From Acidobacteriota bacterium (GTDB lineage Bacteria > Acidobacteriota > UBA6911 > RPQK01 > JAJDTT01), in the NCBI GenBank assembly GCA_965263035.1, contig OZ253580.1, positions 5,760,001-5,824,000 on the forward strand: a stretch of DNA of 64,000 bases, in the 5' to 3' direction. Shown here in pieces: positions 1 to 9,507 of this stretch (the stretch's first letter is position 1; the number at the start of each line of letters is the position of its first letter). A program made the position numbers and the translations under genes. The notes under the pieces are model-generated. The model did not search any database, was not told the origin of the DNA, and saw nothing but the letters and a program-made list of their open reading frames with translations.

Positions 1-716
1 ATGAGCTGCAGCTCTCCCTTGAAATCGACCACCAGCGGTGTGTTGTAGGCCTTCCGGAAGTCCCCGGACGCGCGGGGTCGGCCGTCCTCCTCCAAGTCGC
101 CATAGTCAACCGAGCGAAAGGTCACCCACCGGTTGGCGCCGGTCGTCTTGTCCAGAGCCACCACGTACTGGACGTCGGCGCCGTCCATATGCAGGAACAG
201 GAGGTCCTCCCAGAGCAGAGGAGATGAGGCCGGACCTCGCCAGTGGTCGCAGGGGAGGTCCCGGCGTTGCCAGAGAACCTGAAAGGTCCCGGTGTCCAGA
301 CAGGCGGTCCCATAGCTCCCGAAATGGATATAGACCCGACCCTCCTCGATGGTCGCGGAGGGACTGGCATAGGTGTTGTCGGGGTTGCTCAGGGGACGAG
401 GCTTGGCGACATCGAAGAGCTTCCGATCCAGGAGAATCTGTCCGCTGTCCCGGTCGATGCAGAGAACCGACAGGACCTTGCCGTCCTCGGTGGCGGTGGT
501 GAGCCAGACCTGTTTCCCCCAGATCACCGGCGAGGACCAGGCACGGCCGTGAAGGGGCGTCTTCCAGCGAACGTTGAGCGTCTCGCTCCAGCGCAGGGGC
601 AGGTTCGCGACCTCGGACACGCCGTCCCGGCGGGGGCCCCGGTAATCGGGCCAGTTGCCGAACAAGGAGATGCTGGAAAAGCACGCAGCCAGGAGCAGAA
701 TCGGTGATTTTTTCAT
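1..716 (-). CDS. PQQ-binding-like beta-propeller repeat protein, tandem copy 2 (runs off window start)
   Basis: ATG at 716 with AGGAG RBS. Reads MKKSPILLLAACFSSISLFGNWPDYRGP... and is near-identical to 810..2078 at a constant offset of 1362 bp. Not in the ORF track because its stop lies outside the window. Confidence 0.9.
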   Translation of the reverse strand, partial: MKKSPILLLAACFSSISLFGNWPDYRGPRRDGVSEVANLPLRWSETLNVRWKTPLHGRAWSSPVIWGKQVWLTTATEDGKVLSVLCIDRDSGQILLDRKLFDVAKPRPLSNPDNTYASPSATIEEGRVYIHFGSYGTACLDTGTFQVLWQRRDLPCDHWRGPASSPLLWEDLLFLHMDGADVQYVVALDKTTGANRWVTFRSVDYGDLEEDGRPRASGDFRKAYNTPLVVDFKGELQL

Positions 717-785
717 TCTCCTTCGCCTCCTTGACCGGAACACCGCCGCCGGTCGAGCTATCAACCATACGCGGACCGAGGGAAT

Positions 786-804
786 GGGCGATTGGAAATC
801 GCCC
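786..804 (-). terminator. GC hairpin after the propeller gene
   Basis: GGGCGATT-gga-AATCGCCC immediately 3' of the stop at 810; no clear U-tract. Confidence 0.4.
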
Positions 805-809
805 CTCCC

Positions 810-2078
810 CTACTCCTGGATCCGGTAGAGGTGCGTCGTAGTGCGCAGAAAGAGGGCTCCGTCGGCCACCGCCGGCGAGGCCATGAAGCCGTCGTTCAAC
901 TGGTTTCTGGCCAGGATTTCCAGTGTCTCCCCCGGTTGGATGATGGTGGTTTGACCTTCCTCGTCAAAGAAGTGAATCCGGCCGCCGGCGTAAAGGACCG
1001 AGGCGGAGTGGAGGCCACCGATTCGGCCCTTCCAGATCTCCTTTCCAGTCTTGAAGTCGAGGCAGGTGGCGATCCCGTCGTTGCTCATCATGTAGACCCG
1101 CCCGTCGACCAGAACCGGGGAAGAGTGCTTCGGAGAGCCGCGGGCGTACTTCCACGCGACATGGGTTCCGGTCACGTCGCCCCGGCCGCCGAGACGGACC
1201 CCCCAGAGCTGGGCCGTGCCCCCGATGTATCCCGTGCTGATCCCGACCTGGCCGTCGGAGTAGAGGGTCCGCGGTGCCGAGGAGTGACCCCCGTGGCTAA
1301 TCTGCCAGATCTCGTTTCCGGTGCGCGGATCGTAGCCATAGGCTCCCTTGGCGCTGGGGCTGATGAGTTGCGGCTCTCCCTGGAAATCGACCACCAGCGG
1401 TGTATTGTAGGCCTTCCGGTAGTCCCCGGACGCGCGGGGTCGGCCGTCCTCCTCCAAGTCGCCATAGTCAGCCGAGCGAAAGGTCACCCACCGGTTGGCG
1501 CCGGTCGTCTTGTCCAAGGCCACTACGTACTGGACGTCGGCGCCGTCCATGTGCAGGAAGAGGAGATCCTCCCAGAGGTGGGGAGATGACGCCGGACCCC
1601 GCCAGTGGTCGCAGGGGAGGTCCCGGCGTTGCCAGAGGACCTCGAAGCTTCCGGTGTCCAGGCAGGCGGTCCCGTAACTCCCAAAATGGACATAGACCCG
1701 ACCCTCCTCGATGGTCGGGGAGGGACTGGCATAGGTGTTGATGGGGTTGCTCAGGGGACGAGGCTTGGCGACTTCGAAGAGCTTCCGATCCAGGAGAATC
1801 TGCCCGCTGTTCCGGTCGATGCAGAGCACCGACAGGACCTTGCCGTCCTCCGTGGCCGTGGTGAGCCAGACCTGTTTCCCCCAGATCACCGGAGAGGACC
1901 AGGCACGGCCGTGAAGGGGCGTCTTCCATCGAACGTTGAGCGTCTCGCTCCAGCGCAGGGGCAGGTTAGCGACCTCGGACACGCCGTCCCGGCGGGGGCC
2001 CCGGTAATCGGGCCAGTTACCGAACAGGCAGACGCTGGAAAAGTACGCGGCCAGGAGCAGGATCGGCGTTTTTTTCAT
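810..2078 (-). CDS. PQQ-binding-like (BamB-like) beta-propeller repeat protein, tandem copy 1
   Basis: Signal peptide, WPDYRGP N-terminal motif, repeated SSPV/ALDKTTG/xxW propeller motifs, C-terminal ASPAVADGALFLRT. Confidence 0.9.
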   Translation of the reverse strand: MKKTPILLLAAYFSSVCLFGNWPDYRGPRRDGVSEVANLPLRWSETLNVRWKTPLHGRAWSSPVIWGKQVWLTTATEDGKVLSVLCIDRNSGQILLDRKLFEVAKPRPLSNPINTYASPSPTIEEGRVYVHFGSYGTACLDTGSFEVLWQRRDLPCDHWRGPASSPHLWEDLLFLHMDGADVQYVVALDKTTGANRWVTFRSADYGDLEEDGRPRASGDYRKAYNTPLVVDFQGEPQLISPSAKGAYGYDPRTGNEIWQISHGGHSSAPRTLYSDGQVGISTGYIGGTAQLWGVRLGGRGDVTGTHVAWKYARGSPKHSSPVLVDGRVYMMSNDGIATCLDFKTGKEIWKGRIGGLHSASVLYAGGRIHFFDEEGQTTIIQPGETLEILARNQLNDGFMASPAVADGALFLRTTTHLYRIQE

Positions 2079-2123
2079 ATCTCCTTCGCCTTCTTGACCG
2101 GAACGACGGCCCCGGCCGGATCC

Positions 2124-2867
2124 TCAATCGGACGCGGACCAGTCGGGTGCCGGACCCCAGAGCTCCGGCCAATCGACGGCAGCCGGATCGGCGGTGAGCG
2201 GATGCCACAGATCGATCTTCTGCCTCATGACGCCCAGGTTGTTGGGCATGTCGAATTTGCTGGGAAGAGGCTCCACCCGGCCGGGGACACCTTTGACGAA
2301 GCTCTTCCCGGGAACGTCGCGGTGCACCACGGCCCCCGCAGCGATGAAGCTGCCCTCCCCGATGGTGATCCCGGGAAGGATGGTGCAACCGCCTCCGATG
2401 ACGACCTCGTCTTCGATGGTGGCGCCGCAGGGCATGGGCATGACGTCGTAACGGCAGGGCTCCCGATCATTCAGGAAAATGACGCCTGGTCCCACGAAAA
2501 CGTGGTCGCCGAACCAGGTCCGGGTGGGGATGTAGGTATGGGCCATGACCCGAACCCCGTTTCCCATGCGGACGATTCCTTCCACCACCGAATGGTTGAA
2601 GATGGTGCAGTAGTCCCCGATCTGGACCTTGGCTCGGATGACCGCGTAGAGACCGGTCTGGAAGTAGTCGCCGATTCGGGTGTCGCCGTAGATGACGGTC
2701 CCTTGCCGCAGGATCCCGTGGCGGCCGACCCGGGCCGGACCGCAGTCCCGGTGATACCGAAAACCGAGGGTGACTTCGGGTTCGATGAAGGTACCCTCAC
2801 CGATGACGGCGTTCTCGAGCCGGGTCTCCCGGCCGGTGCGCTGGTGATGGGTCTGACCGTCGCTCAT
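2124..2867 (-). CDS. Left-handed beta-helix (hexapeptide repeat) acetyltransferase
   Basis: IGxxxxI repeats, VFVGPGVIFLND, GITIGEGSFIAAGAVV and GVPGR motifs. Confidence 0.85.
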   Translation of the reverse strand: MSDGQTHHQRTGRETRLENAVIGEGTFIEPEVTLGFRYHRDCGPARVGRHGILRQGTVIYGDTRIGDYFQTGLYAVIRAKVQIGDYCTIFNHSVVEGIVRMGNGVRVMAHTYIPTRTWFGDHVFVGPGVIFLNDREPCRYDVMPMPCGATIEDEVVIGGGCTILPGITIGEGSFIAAGAVVHRDVPGKSFVKGVPGRVEPLPSKFDMPNNLGVMRQKIDLWHPLTADPAAVDWPELWGPAPDWSASD

Positions 2868-2887
2868 TCGGGTTCCTCCCTCCTATG

Positions 2888-3046
2888 GAGCCTGCGCGGC
2901 AGAAATTGATCTACTGCGAAAGCGGCAGAATCGGTCCATATTTCCCCGATTTCTCGGCGAATAGAACAACTATGCACCTTCAAATCGAGAAAATCTGGCC
3001 TCGATTCCCCACTTTCTCGCTACGATCATTTCTACCGCGCAGACTC
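2888..3046 (-). mobile_element. MITE family A, copy 1 (159 bp, palindromic)
   Basis: Reverse-orientation copy of 12762..12920 and 41596..41754. Imperfect 19-bp TIRs GAGTCTGCGCGGTAGAAAT / ATTTCTGCCGCGCAGGCTC; CTAG at 3047-3050. Confidence 0.9.
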
Positions 3047-3163
3047 CTAGCGGACTCTCCGGATCCTGTCGGCTTCGGACATTTTGTCGTTCTCGGCAGA
3101 AGGACGCAACGAGGAGACCTGACCTGCGCTCTTGGGGATCTTTTTCCTGGCATGAGAACCGGA

Positions 3164-4402
3164 TCAATGGCGCTTGCGCACCGGAAGAGCCGTCCTGGCC
3201 TCATGGTCCTGGATCATCTGCCCGTGAGTGACGGTCCCTGCCAGGTAGCCCTCGGTGTCGAAGTCCAGAAAGCGGTCCGGGGAAAACTCGGACGCATCGA
3301 TGCTGGTCTGCCCGTCGACCATGTATTCGGCCAGGAGAAACCCGGCGACGGGATGGTAGCCGAAGCCGCCCGAGTTGAACGTGACGGCCAGATAGAGTCC
3401 CGGCAGGGCGTCCACGGGGCCGATATTGGGCAGAAAGTCCAGGGCGTAGCTCACCAGTCCGACGCGGTGGTAGTCGATCTCGACGCCTCGGATCAGGGGT
3501 AGGCGGTCCCGAACCGCCTCCTGAATGAAGGGCAGGGAACGGGGATCGGGAACGAGCTGGGTGAGCCGGAAGTCGGGCCCGGGCCGCTCGATCTGCACCG
3601 CTTCGTGGGCGCCGGTTCCCAGCAGAACTCGGTCATCCTCCGTGGGACGGTAATAGACGCCCTTGGCATCGTCGTTGGTGGCCGGAAGCCGGGGCGAATG
3701 GCCCAAGGGCATGGTGACCCATCGTTCATGAACGAAGTTGCGGACCGGCAGCGGCTGACCCGCCTCGGTCATCAACGAATTGGCCCAGGCATTGACGGTG
3801 CAAACTACCGAGTCCGCCCGCAACTCTCCTGATTCCCGGGTCCGAACCCCCGTGATCCGTCCGCCCTCCACCAGGAAGTCCTCCACCGTCACGCCTTCCC
3901 GGATCTCCACACCCATATCCCGTACCTTGGCGCTGAGAGCGGGAAGGTAGCGGTCCGGCTCGCTGTAACCGCCGCGCAGGTCCAGCACGCCGTATTCATC
4001 TTCACCGATCCGGAGATCGCGGAACTGCTCCTCGATTTCCCGTCGCCGCAGCACCAGAAAACGGGCTCCCGCACGCCGGTGCATCGGGTGGAGCCGGCGG
4101 GCCCGCTCGAACTGTTGGGGGTCCAGGAGATTCAGGCACCCCACTTGGTGAAAGTCGTAGTTCTCCAGAATCTTGTCGAACCGCTCGAAGATGTCGAAGG
4201 TGATGCCCCGCGCCCGGCTGGCTCCCTCGGTGGCCATCATCATGGTGTTGATGGCTCCTGACCGGCTGCTGGAGCCATCTCCGACCCGGCCCTTGTCCAG
4301 GAGCAGTATTTTCCGGACACCCTTGTCAGCCAGATGGAACGAGGTGCTCAAACCGGCGATCCCGGCGCCGACGATGATCACCGTCTGTGAGGCGTGTGGC
4401 AT
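3164..4402 (-). CDS. FAD-dependent oxidoreductase (DAO / sarcosine oxidase beta-like)
   Basis: IIVGAGIAG Rossmann motif, GSSSRSGA, C-terminal FNSGGFGYHP. Confidence 0.88.
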   Translation of the reverse strand: MPHASQTVIIVGAGIAGLSTSFHLADKGVRKILLLDKGRVGDGSSSRSGAINTMMMATEGASRARGITFDIFERFDKILENYDFHQVGCLNLLDPQQFERARRLHPMHRRAGARFLVLRRREIEEQFRDLRIGEDEYGVLDLRGGYSEPDRYLPALSAKVRDMGVEIREGVTVEDFLVEGGRITGVRTRESGELRADSVVCTVNAWANSLMTEAGQPLPVRNFVHERWVTMPLGHSPRLPATNDDAKGVYYRPTEDDRVLLGTGAHEAVQIERPGPDFRLTQLVPDPRSLPFIQEAVRDRLPLIRGVEIDYHRVGLVSYALDFLPNIGPVDALPGLYLAVTFNSGGFGYHPVAGFLLAEYMVDGQTSIDASEFSPDRFLDFDTEGYLAGTVTHGQMIQDHEARTALPVRKRH

Positions 4403-4434
4403 GGTTCATCCTCCAATCGAAAGCCATGTTACGA

Positions 4435-4466
4435 TGAATCCATGCCACAGTGAATCCATGCCACAG
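4435..4466. repeat. 16-bp tandem direct repeat TGAATCCATGCCACAG x2
   Basis: Exact copies at 4435-4450 and 4451-4466, plus an inverted near-copy at ~4395-4408. Confidence 0.85.
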
Positions 4467-4769
4467 TCCTCACCCTCCAAGCCGTTGAAGACGCATCCCG
4501 GGATCCGGATCGAGAAAATCCCGGTCAAGGGCGCCGCCGGGCTCATCTTCGCCCTGGGCGTCATGTTCATTTTCTGGGTGGGGGTCCCGGCCGTTCGTGG
4601 GTTTCTGATTTTCGGAGCTTCAGGCGGGCTCGCGGCCACTGCGGCTCTCATATGGTGGCGTAACCGAGACCGGGGCCATACGGACCAGCGGCTCTTCAAA
4701 GGAATCGCGAACGACGTTTCCTCCTCGGATCGAGGCGGTCAAACGGCGCACTCACCGAAGCAGGGCTGA
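4458..4769 (+). CDS. Small two-TM membrane protein
   Basis: MPQSSPSKPLKTHPGIRIEKIPVKGAAGLIFALGVMFIFWVGVP...; two hydrophobic helices followed by a basic WWRNRDR segment. Start is uncertain. Confidence 0.6.
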   Translation: MPQSSPSKPLKTHPGIRIEKIPVKGAAGLIFALGVMFIFWVGVPAVRGFLIFGASGGLAATAALIWWRNRDRGHTDQRLFKGIANDVSSSDRGGQTAHSPKQG

Positions 4770-4896
4770 ACCCGGAGCCAAGAATTCTACCTGCCGTCGG
4801 TCGGCTCGGCACATTGCGCCCGGAGACTCGTTTAGGGGCGATCGCTCCGCCTCCGGACCGGACCCTTTTGGACGCTACCGGCGCCACCGCTTCCTA

Positions 4897-4926
4897 TTGA
4901 CTTGCGTTCCGGGATGCCGCTATCGT
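4897..4926 (+). promoter_or_regulatory. Putative sigma70 promoter of the TonB/CocE locus
   Basis: TTGACT-18 bp-TATCGT upstream of the GTG at 4990. Confidence 0.35.
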
Positions 4927-4989
4927 GTGCCACTGAGAGCCAGACGCCAGGGGGCGTGGAGTGTTCCTTCCCGGAGCTTGAGGAGTAGA

Positions 4990-6150
4990 GTGACAAAAGG
5001 CTTCCTGGCGGCGTGCCTGATCCTATTCCTCGCGACTTCAGCCTCGACTGTCCCTGCCACTGATATTCCGGCCGACGCGCTCAATCGGTTCCCGGGAAAG
5101 GAGTGGGAGACCAAGCGGCCTTCCGAAGTCGGTTTCGACGAGGAAGCCCTACTGAGGATCCTGCCCCGAGTGGGGATCGGGGGAACCATCATCCGCCACG
5201 GATACGTGGTGGCCACTTGGGGCAACCAGAGGACAGCCGTCCAGACCGCCTCCATGGGAAAGACGTTCAACGCGACCTGCCTGGGGCTGGCCGTCGATGC
5301 CGGCCTCGTCGAATTGGACGACCTGGTCCGGAAGACCTGGACGGGTGAGGGAGAGCTGTCCCATCCCTACAAGTACCTTAACGAGGGCCATCACCGAAAA
5401 ATCACGTGGAGGCATTTCGCCAACATGGTGTCTGGCTTTCCGGACATCGATCTGAGCCGGTCCGATGGCGAGATGGGAGATTCCACCTACAACTATGCCC
5501 AGCGGGCGCCGGGTGGCGAATACATCTACAGCGACGGGGGGATGTGGCGCTTCGCCCAGGCCTTGACGGCACTTTGGGGCAAGGACCTCAAAGACGTCCT
5601 GGATGAGAAGATTTTCCGGCATCTCCAAGTGCCCGCCAAGCGTTGGGGCTGGATGCCCGCCAGAGCGATTCAGGAAAACCTCATGTATCCCTTCTGGCCA
5701 GGCTATGGCCGGTATCTGGACCCGCCCTGGGAAATCGACGGTCATGCCGTGCGGGCCGGACCGGGCTGGGTGGTCATCAATTCCGCCGACGCGGCCCGAT
5801 TCGGCTATCTCTTCCTGCGCAACGGACGCTGGCGGGACCAGCAGTTGATCAGCGAGGAGTGGGTACAACAGACTCGGAAACCGCAGAGCCGCCGGCATGG
5901 ACCCCATGGGGGTGAAGACTACAGCCTGAACTGGTGGTTGCCGGGGCAGGGCGTCCAGGAAGCCCGCGGGGCGAACATCAATTGGCAGGGCGTCTCCCGG
6001 ATTTCGGTGGTTCCGGAATACGACCTGGTGGTGGCCACCATCAGGACGAACTACGTGGCCCGGGAAGTTGTCGGGTCAGCCTATTTTGGCTCCCAATACC
6101 AGGGCGATCGGGATTGGGTCTTCCGGCTTTTGAAGACCATCGTGCGTTGA
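4990..6150 (+). CDS. Serine hydrolase, beta-lactamase/AmpC-like family, secreted
   Basis: SxxK motif (SMGK), YSD motif, ARFGYLFLRNGRW; signal peptide; AGGAG RBS before GTG. Confidence 0.85.
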   Translation: MTKGFLAACLILFLATSASTVPATDIPADALNRFPGKEWETKRPSEVGFDEEALLRILPRVGIGGTIIRHGYVVATWGNQRTAVQTASMGKTFNATCLGLAVDAGLVELDDLVRKTWTGEGELSHPYKYLNEGHHRKITWRHFANMVSGFPDIDLSRSDGEMGDSTYNYAQRAPGGEYIYSDGGMWRFAQALTALWGKDLKDVLDEKIFRHLQVPAKRWGWMPARAIQENLMYPFWPGYGRYLDPPWEIDGHAVRAGPGWVVINSADAARFGYLFLRNGRWRDQQLISEEWVQQTRKPQSRRHGPHGGEDYSLNWWLPGQGVQEARGANINWQGVSRISVVPEYDLVVATIRTNYVAREVVGSAYFGSQYQGDRDWVFRLLKTIVR

Positions 6151-6203
6151 GAGGCCCGAATAACGAACAAATAGGGAATGATTTGATCAGAGGAGCGAGA
6201 CCG

Positions 6204-9200
6204 ATGCGAAGAATCCAAATTGCAATCTTTTTCTTGGGTGTTGCCCTGATGGCCGCGCCCCTGTCGGCCCAGATCACCGCGGGAGGCATCAGCGGCAGGG
6301 TCACGGACGAGACGGGAGGGATCATCCCGGGCGTCGAGATCCTGCTGACCAACGTGGGGACAGCCCGGACCTGGGGTGCCGTCACCGGTGACACGGGCGC
6401 TTACAAGTTCGTATTTCTGCAGCCCGGCGACTATTCCGTTCGGGCGGAGCTGGCGGGATTTCAACCGGTGCTGCGTCGAGACATCGTAGTCCGGGTCAAT
6501 GAAACCGTCGCCGTGGACATCACCCTCTCACCGAGCGAGATCCAGGAAGTCGTCGAGGTCCTGGGGACCCCTCCCGCATTGCAGACCGAGTCGGGTGAGA
6601 TCGGAGACGTGGTCGATCATGACACCATCGTCAACCTGCCCTTGAACGGACGGAATTTCATCCAATTGGTGGAGTTGCAGCCGGGCGCCGTCTCGACCCA
6701 CAAGCTCCCCGGAGGGGGAATCAGCTTCCACAGCAGTATTTTCGGGGGCAACTTCTCGGTGCATGGAGCTCCCGCTGAAGGCACGGTCTTCCTGCTCGAC
6801 GGAATCGACATGAAGGACGCGGTGGATACCCGCGTCGGTTTCCGCATGACCGTCGACGCCATCCAGGAGTTCAAGTTCCAGGCCGGCAACTACTCGGCCG
6901 CATTCGGACGGGCCTCGGGAGGTGTGATCAATATTGCCTCCCGCTCCGGCGTGAACGACTACCATGGTTCCGCCTGGGGGTTTTTCCGGAACGACGCCTT
7001 TGACGCGCGCACTTTCTTCGCCGCGGAGAAGGAGCCCTTCTCGCAGCAGAACATCGGGGCCGCCATAGGCGGACCGATCGTGGAAGACCAGACCTTTTTT
7101 TTCGTCACCTATGAGGCGATCCGGTCGGCCAAGGAAGTGACCCGCGCCGTCAGCGTGCCCACGGACCTGCACCGGCGGGGAGACTTCAGCGAAGGCAATC
7201 CCATCTTCAATCCCTTCGAGCTCGACCCCAACACCGGTCAGCGAATGCCTTTTCCGAACAAGATAATTCCCGAGAGCATGTGGCATCCGGTCTCGGTCAA
7301 GGCCTTCCAGCGGTTGTTTCCCACGGCGAATCGCCCCGGCATCGTCAGCAATCTGGTGGACTCCTCCAACCAGCAGGTCCTCAGCGACCAGTTGAACATT
7401 CGAATCGATCAGAGGATCGGAGAAGAAGACACCATCTTCGGCCGCTATACGCTGGTCCGGTACGATCGCCTCTGGCCCTTCGTCTTTGCTTCACTTCCCA
7501 ATTTCACGACCGTCTGGAAATCCCCGGCTCAGAATGCCGTGTTGGGTCACACCCACACCTTCGGTGCCAACGCGGTCAACGACTTCAGGGTCGGCTTCAA
7601 CCGGCACACCCAGGTTCTGGAGGACTCGGAACAGGAGGTTGCGGTCAACGAGGAGTTGGGCATCAAGGGACTGAGCCCCCGTTTTCTCGGCAACCCCAAC
7701 ATCAACATCTCCGGTCTGGGGGGAACCGGGGCCATCGCCAACGCACCCAACAACCGCTCCGACAACCAGTTCGCGGTGCGGGAGAACTTCTCCTACATCA
7801 CCGGCAACCACAACATTTCCACGGGCACCTCAGTCGACTGGTATCAGATGAACGGCGGCCATGCTCTGTTCGCCCACGGCTTATTCACTTTCAACGGAAT
7901 CTTCACGTCGCAGTTGACCGAAACCGGCACCCAGCCGGGGACGGGGAACCCGGTGGCGGACTACATGCTCGGAGTTCCCAACCGGACCTCGCGGTGTTGC
8001 ACGGTCAATGACGGATTCCGCAACTTCCGCAAGAAGGACTTCGGCATCTACGTCAACGACGACTGGAAGGTGTCTCCCGATCTGACCTTGAACCTGGGGG
8101 TGCGGTACGAGTTGTTCCAACCTCCCTACGAAAAACACGGGCGCTACGCCCAGCCGGATTATTCAAGAGCACCCGAGTTGGTCCTGGCGCACTCCGGAGA
8201 GGACATTCCCCGGGGAGTCTACAAGGCGGACAAGAACAACTTCGCACCTCGGCTGGGTTTTGCGTACCGGATCAACGACCTGACCGTTCTTCGCGGCGGC
8301 TACGGGCTGTTTTACATGTCCCCCAACATGGTCTTCTCGTTCTTCGCCGCCATGTCACCGCCCTACGTCAGCCCGGAGACCTTCATCTCGGACACGAGGA
8401 CGCCCCAGTTGTCCTTTAGCGCCCCATTTCCCGGGATGGGGCTTCCCAGCTTGAATTTCTACTCCAACGACCCCGGATGGACGGACCCCTACAACCAGGT
8501 CTGGAATCTGACCCTGCAGCGGCAGATCGGGAACACCGCCATTTCCGCCTCCTATATCGGCAACAAGGGAACCAACCTCCTCACCGTCTTCAATACCAAC
8601 TCCCCGCTGAGACCGGGGCCGGGATCCGTTGCCTCGCGCCGAATCATCCCTTCCATCGTGAACGACACCCGCACCGACAACCAGGGCCGGTCGGCCTACC
8701 ATGGGTTGGAGTTGAGGGCGGAGCAGCGATTCTCCGGGGGCCTGGGCTTCCTCGCCTCGTACGTCTGGTCCAGGTGCATGGATACCGGGAGCGTTCAGGT
8801 CAACGGGGACGGTTCTCCCCGAGGCACACGGGACCCGCGCAACTTCGACGAGGATTGGGGACCCTGTCAATACGACGTTCCGCACCGCCTCGCGGCGAAT
8901 TGGATCTATCAGCTTCCCTTCGGTAAGGGAATGGGGGGACTCGGCGGATTGTTGCTCAGGAACTGGCGGATTCAAGGGATCGTGACCCTGGAGGGCGGCC
9001 AGCCGTTCCATATCGGACTGCCCTACGACAACAGCAACACCGGACTCGGGACCGACGTTCCGGATCGCGTGTCTAGTCAGGACCCCAATGCCGGGCCCAA
9101 GACCGTGCAGCAGTTCTTCAATATCAAGGCCTTTCAGAATCCGGTGCCGTTCACCTATGGGAATCTGGGCCGCAACGTGACCCGGGGTCCGGGGTTCGCC

Positions 9201-9398
9201 AACGTCGACTTCGGCCTGCATCGCAGGTTCCCCATTACCGAAGACCATGTGCTTGAGTTCCGCGGCGAGGTGTTCAACGCCCTCAACCGGGCCAACTTCC
9301 TGCAGCCGGCCAATACCTTCGGCACGCCTGCCTTCGGTGTCATCGGAGGAGCCTTCGAGGCGAGGGAGATCCAGTTCTCGCTGAAGTTCACCTTCTAG
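6204..9398 (+). CDS. TonB-dependent receptor with N-terminal carboxypeptidase regulatory-like domain (Oar-like)
   Basis: Signal peptide, ISGRVTDETG, LPLNGRNFIQL, NYSAAFGRASGG, NNFAPRLGFAY; C-terminal REIQFSLKFTF. Confidence 0.95.
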   Translation: MRRIQIAIFFLGVALMAAPLSAQITAGGISGRVTDETGGIIPGVEILLTNVGTARTWGAVTGDTGAYKFVFLQPGDYSVRAELAGFQPVLRRDIVVRVNETVAVDITLSPSEIQEVVEVLGTPPALQTESGEIGDVVDHDTIVNLPLNGRNFIQLVELQPGAVSTHKLPGGGISFHSSIFGGNFSVHGAPAEGTVFLLDGIDMKDAVDTRVGFRMTVDAIQEFKFQAGNYSAAFGRASGGVINIASRSGVNDYHGSAWGFFRNDAFDARTFFAAEKEPFSQQNIGAAIGGPIVEDQTFFFVTYEAIRSAKEVTRAVSVPTDLHRRGDFSEGNPIFNPFELDPNTGQRMPFPNKIIPESMWHPVSVKAFQRLFPTANRPGIVSNLVDSSNQQVLSDQLNIRIDQRIGEEDTIFGRYTLVRYDRLWPFVFASLPNFTTVWKSPAQNAVLGHTHTFGANAVNDFRVGFNRHTQVLEDSEQEVAVNEELGIKGLSPRFLGNPNINISGLGGTGAIANAPNNRSDNQFAVRENFSYITGNHNISTGTSVDWYQMNGGHALFAHGLFTFNGIFTSQLTETGTQPGTGNPVADYMLGVPNRTSRCCTVNDGFRNFRKKDFGIYVNDDWKVSPDLTLNLGVRYELFQPPYEKHGRYAQPDYSRAPELVLAHSGEDIPRGVYKADKNNFAPRLGFAYRINDLTVLRGGYGLFYMSPNMVFSFFAAMSPPYVSPETFISDTRTPQLSFSAPFPGMGLPSLNFYSNDPGWTDPYNQVWNLTLQRQIGNTAISASYIGNKGTNLLTVFNTNSPLRPGPGSVASRRIIPSIVNDTRTDNQGRSAYHGLELRAEQRFSGGLGFLASYVWSRCMDTGSVQVNGDGSPRGTRDPRNFDEDWGPCQYDVPHRLAANWIYQLPFGKGMGGLGGLLLRNWRIQGIVTLEGGQPFHIGLPYDNSNTGLGTDVPDRVSSQDPNAGPKTVQQFFNIKAFQNPVPFTYGNLGRNVTRGPGFANVDFGLHRRFPITEDHVLEFRGEVFNALNRANFLQPANTFGTPAFGVIGGAFEAREIQFSLKFTF

Positions 9399-9426
9399 GA
9401 GTCTGCGCCCGGGGACTGAATGAAAT

Positions 9427-9478
9427 GCAGGGGGGAGACGACAGTACCTGTATACAGGGCACTGAAGACTCCCCCTGC
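9427..9478. other. Long intergenic hairpin after the TonB receptor
   Basis: GCAGGGGGGAG...CAGT-CCTG TATA CAGG-ACTG...CTCCCCCTGC nested stems. Confidence 0.6.
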
Positions 9479-9507
9479 GCTGTAGAACCAAGTACCGAAA
9501 GAGAAGC

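Noticed and set aside
2885-3502. ORFs sharing the peptide IYCESGRIGPY...LPRRL (also 12714..12902 and 41356..41736)
   Set aside because: They are translations of the MITE A sequence, not an independent protein family; there is no transposase motif.
4925-4960. GCCACTG/AGCCAG fragments reminiscent of a cobalamin riboswitch upstream of the TonB locus
   Set aside because: Too short; lacks the GGGAA motifs and a complete B12 box.
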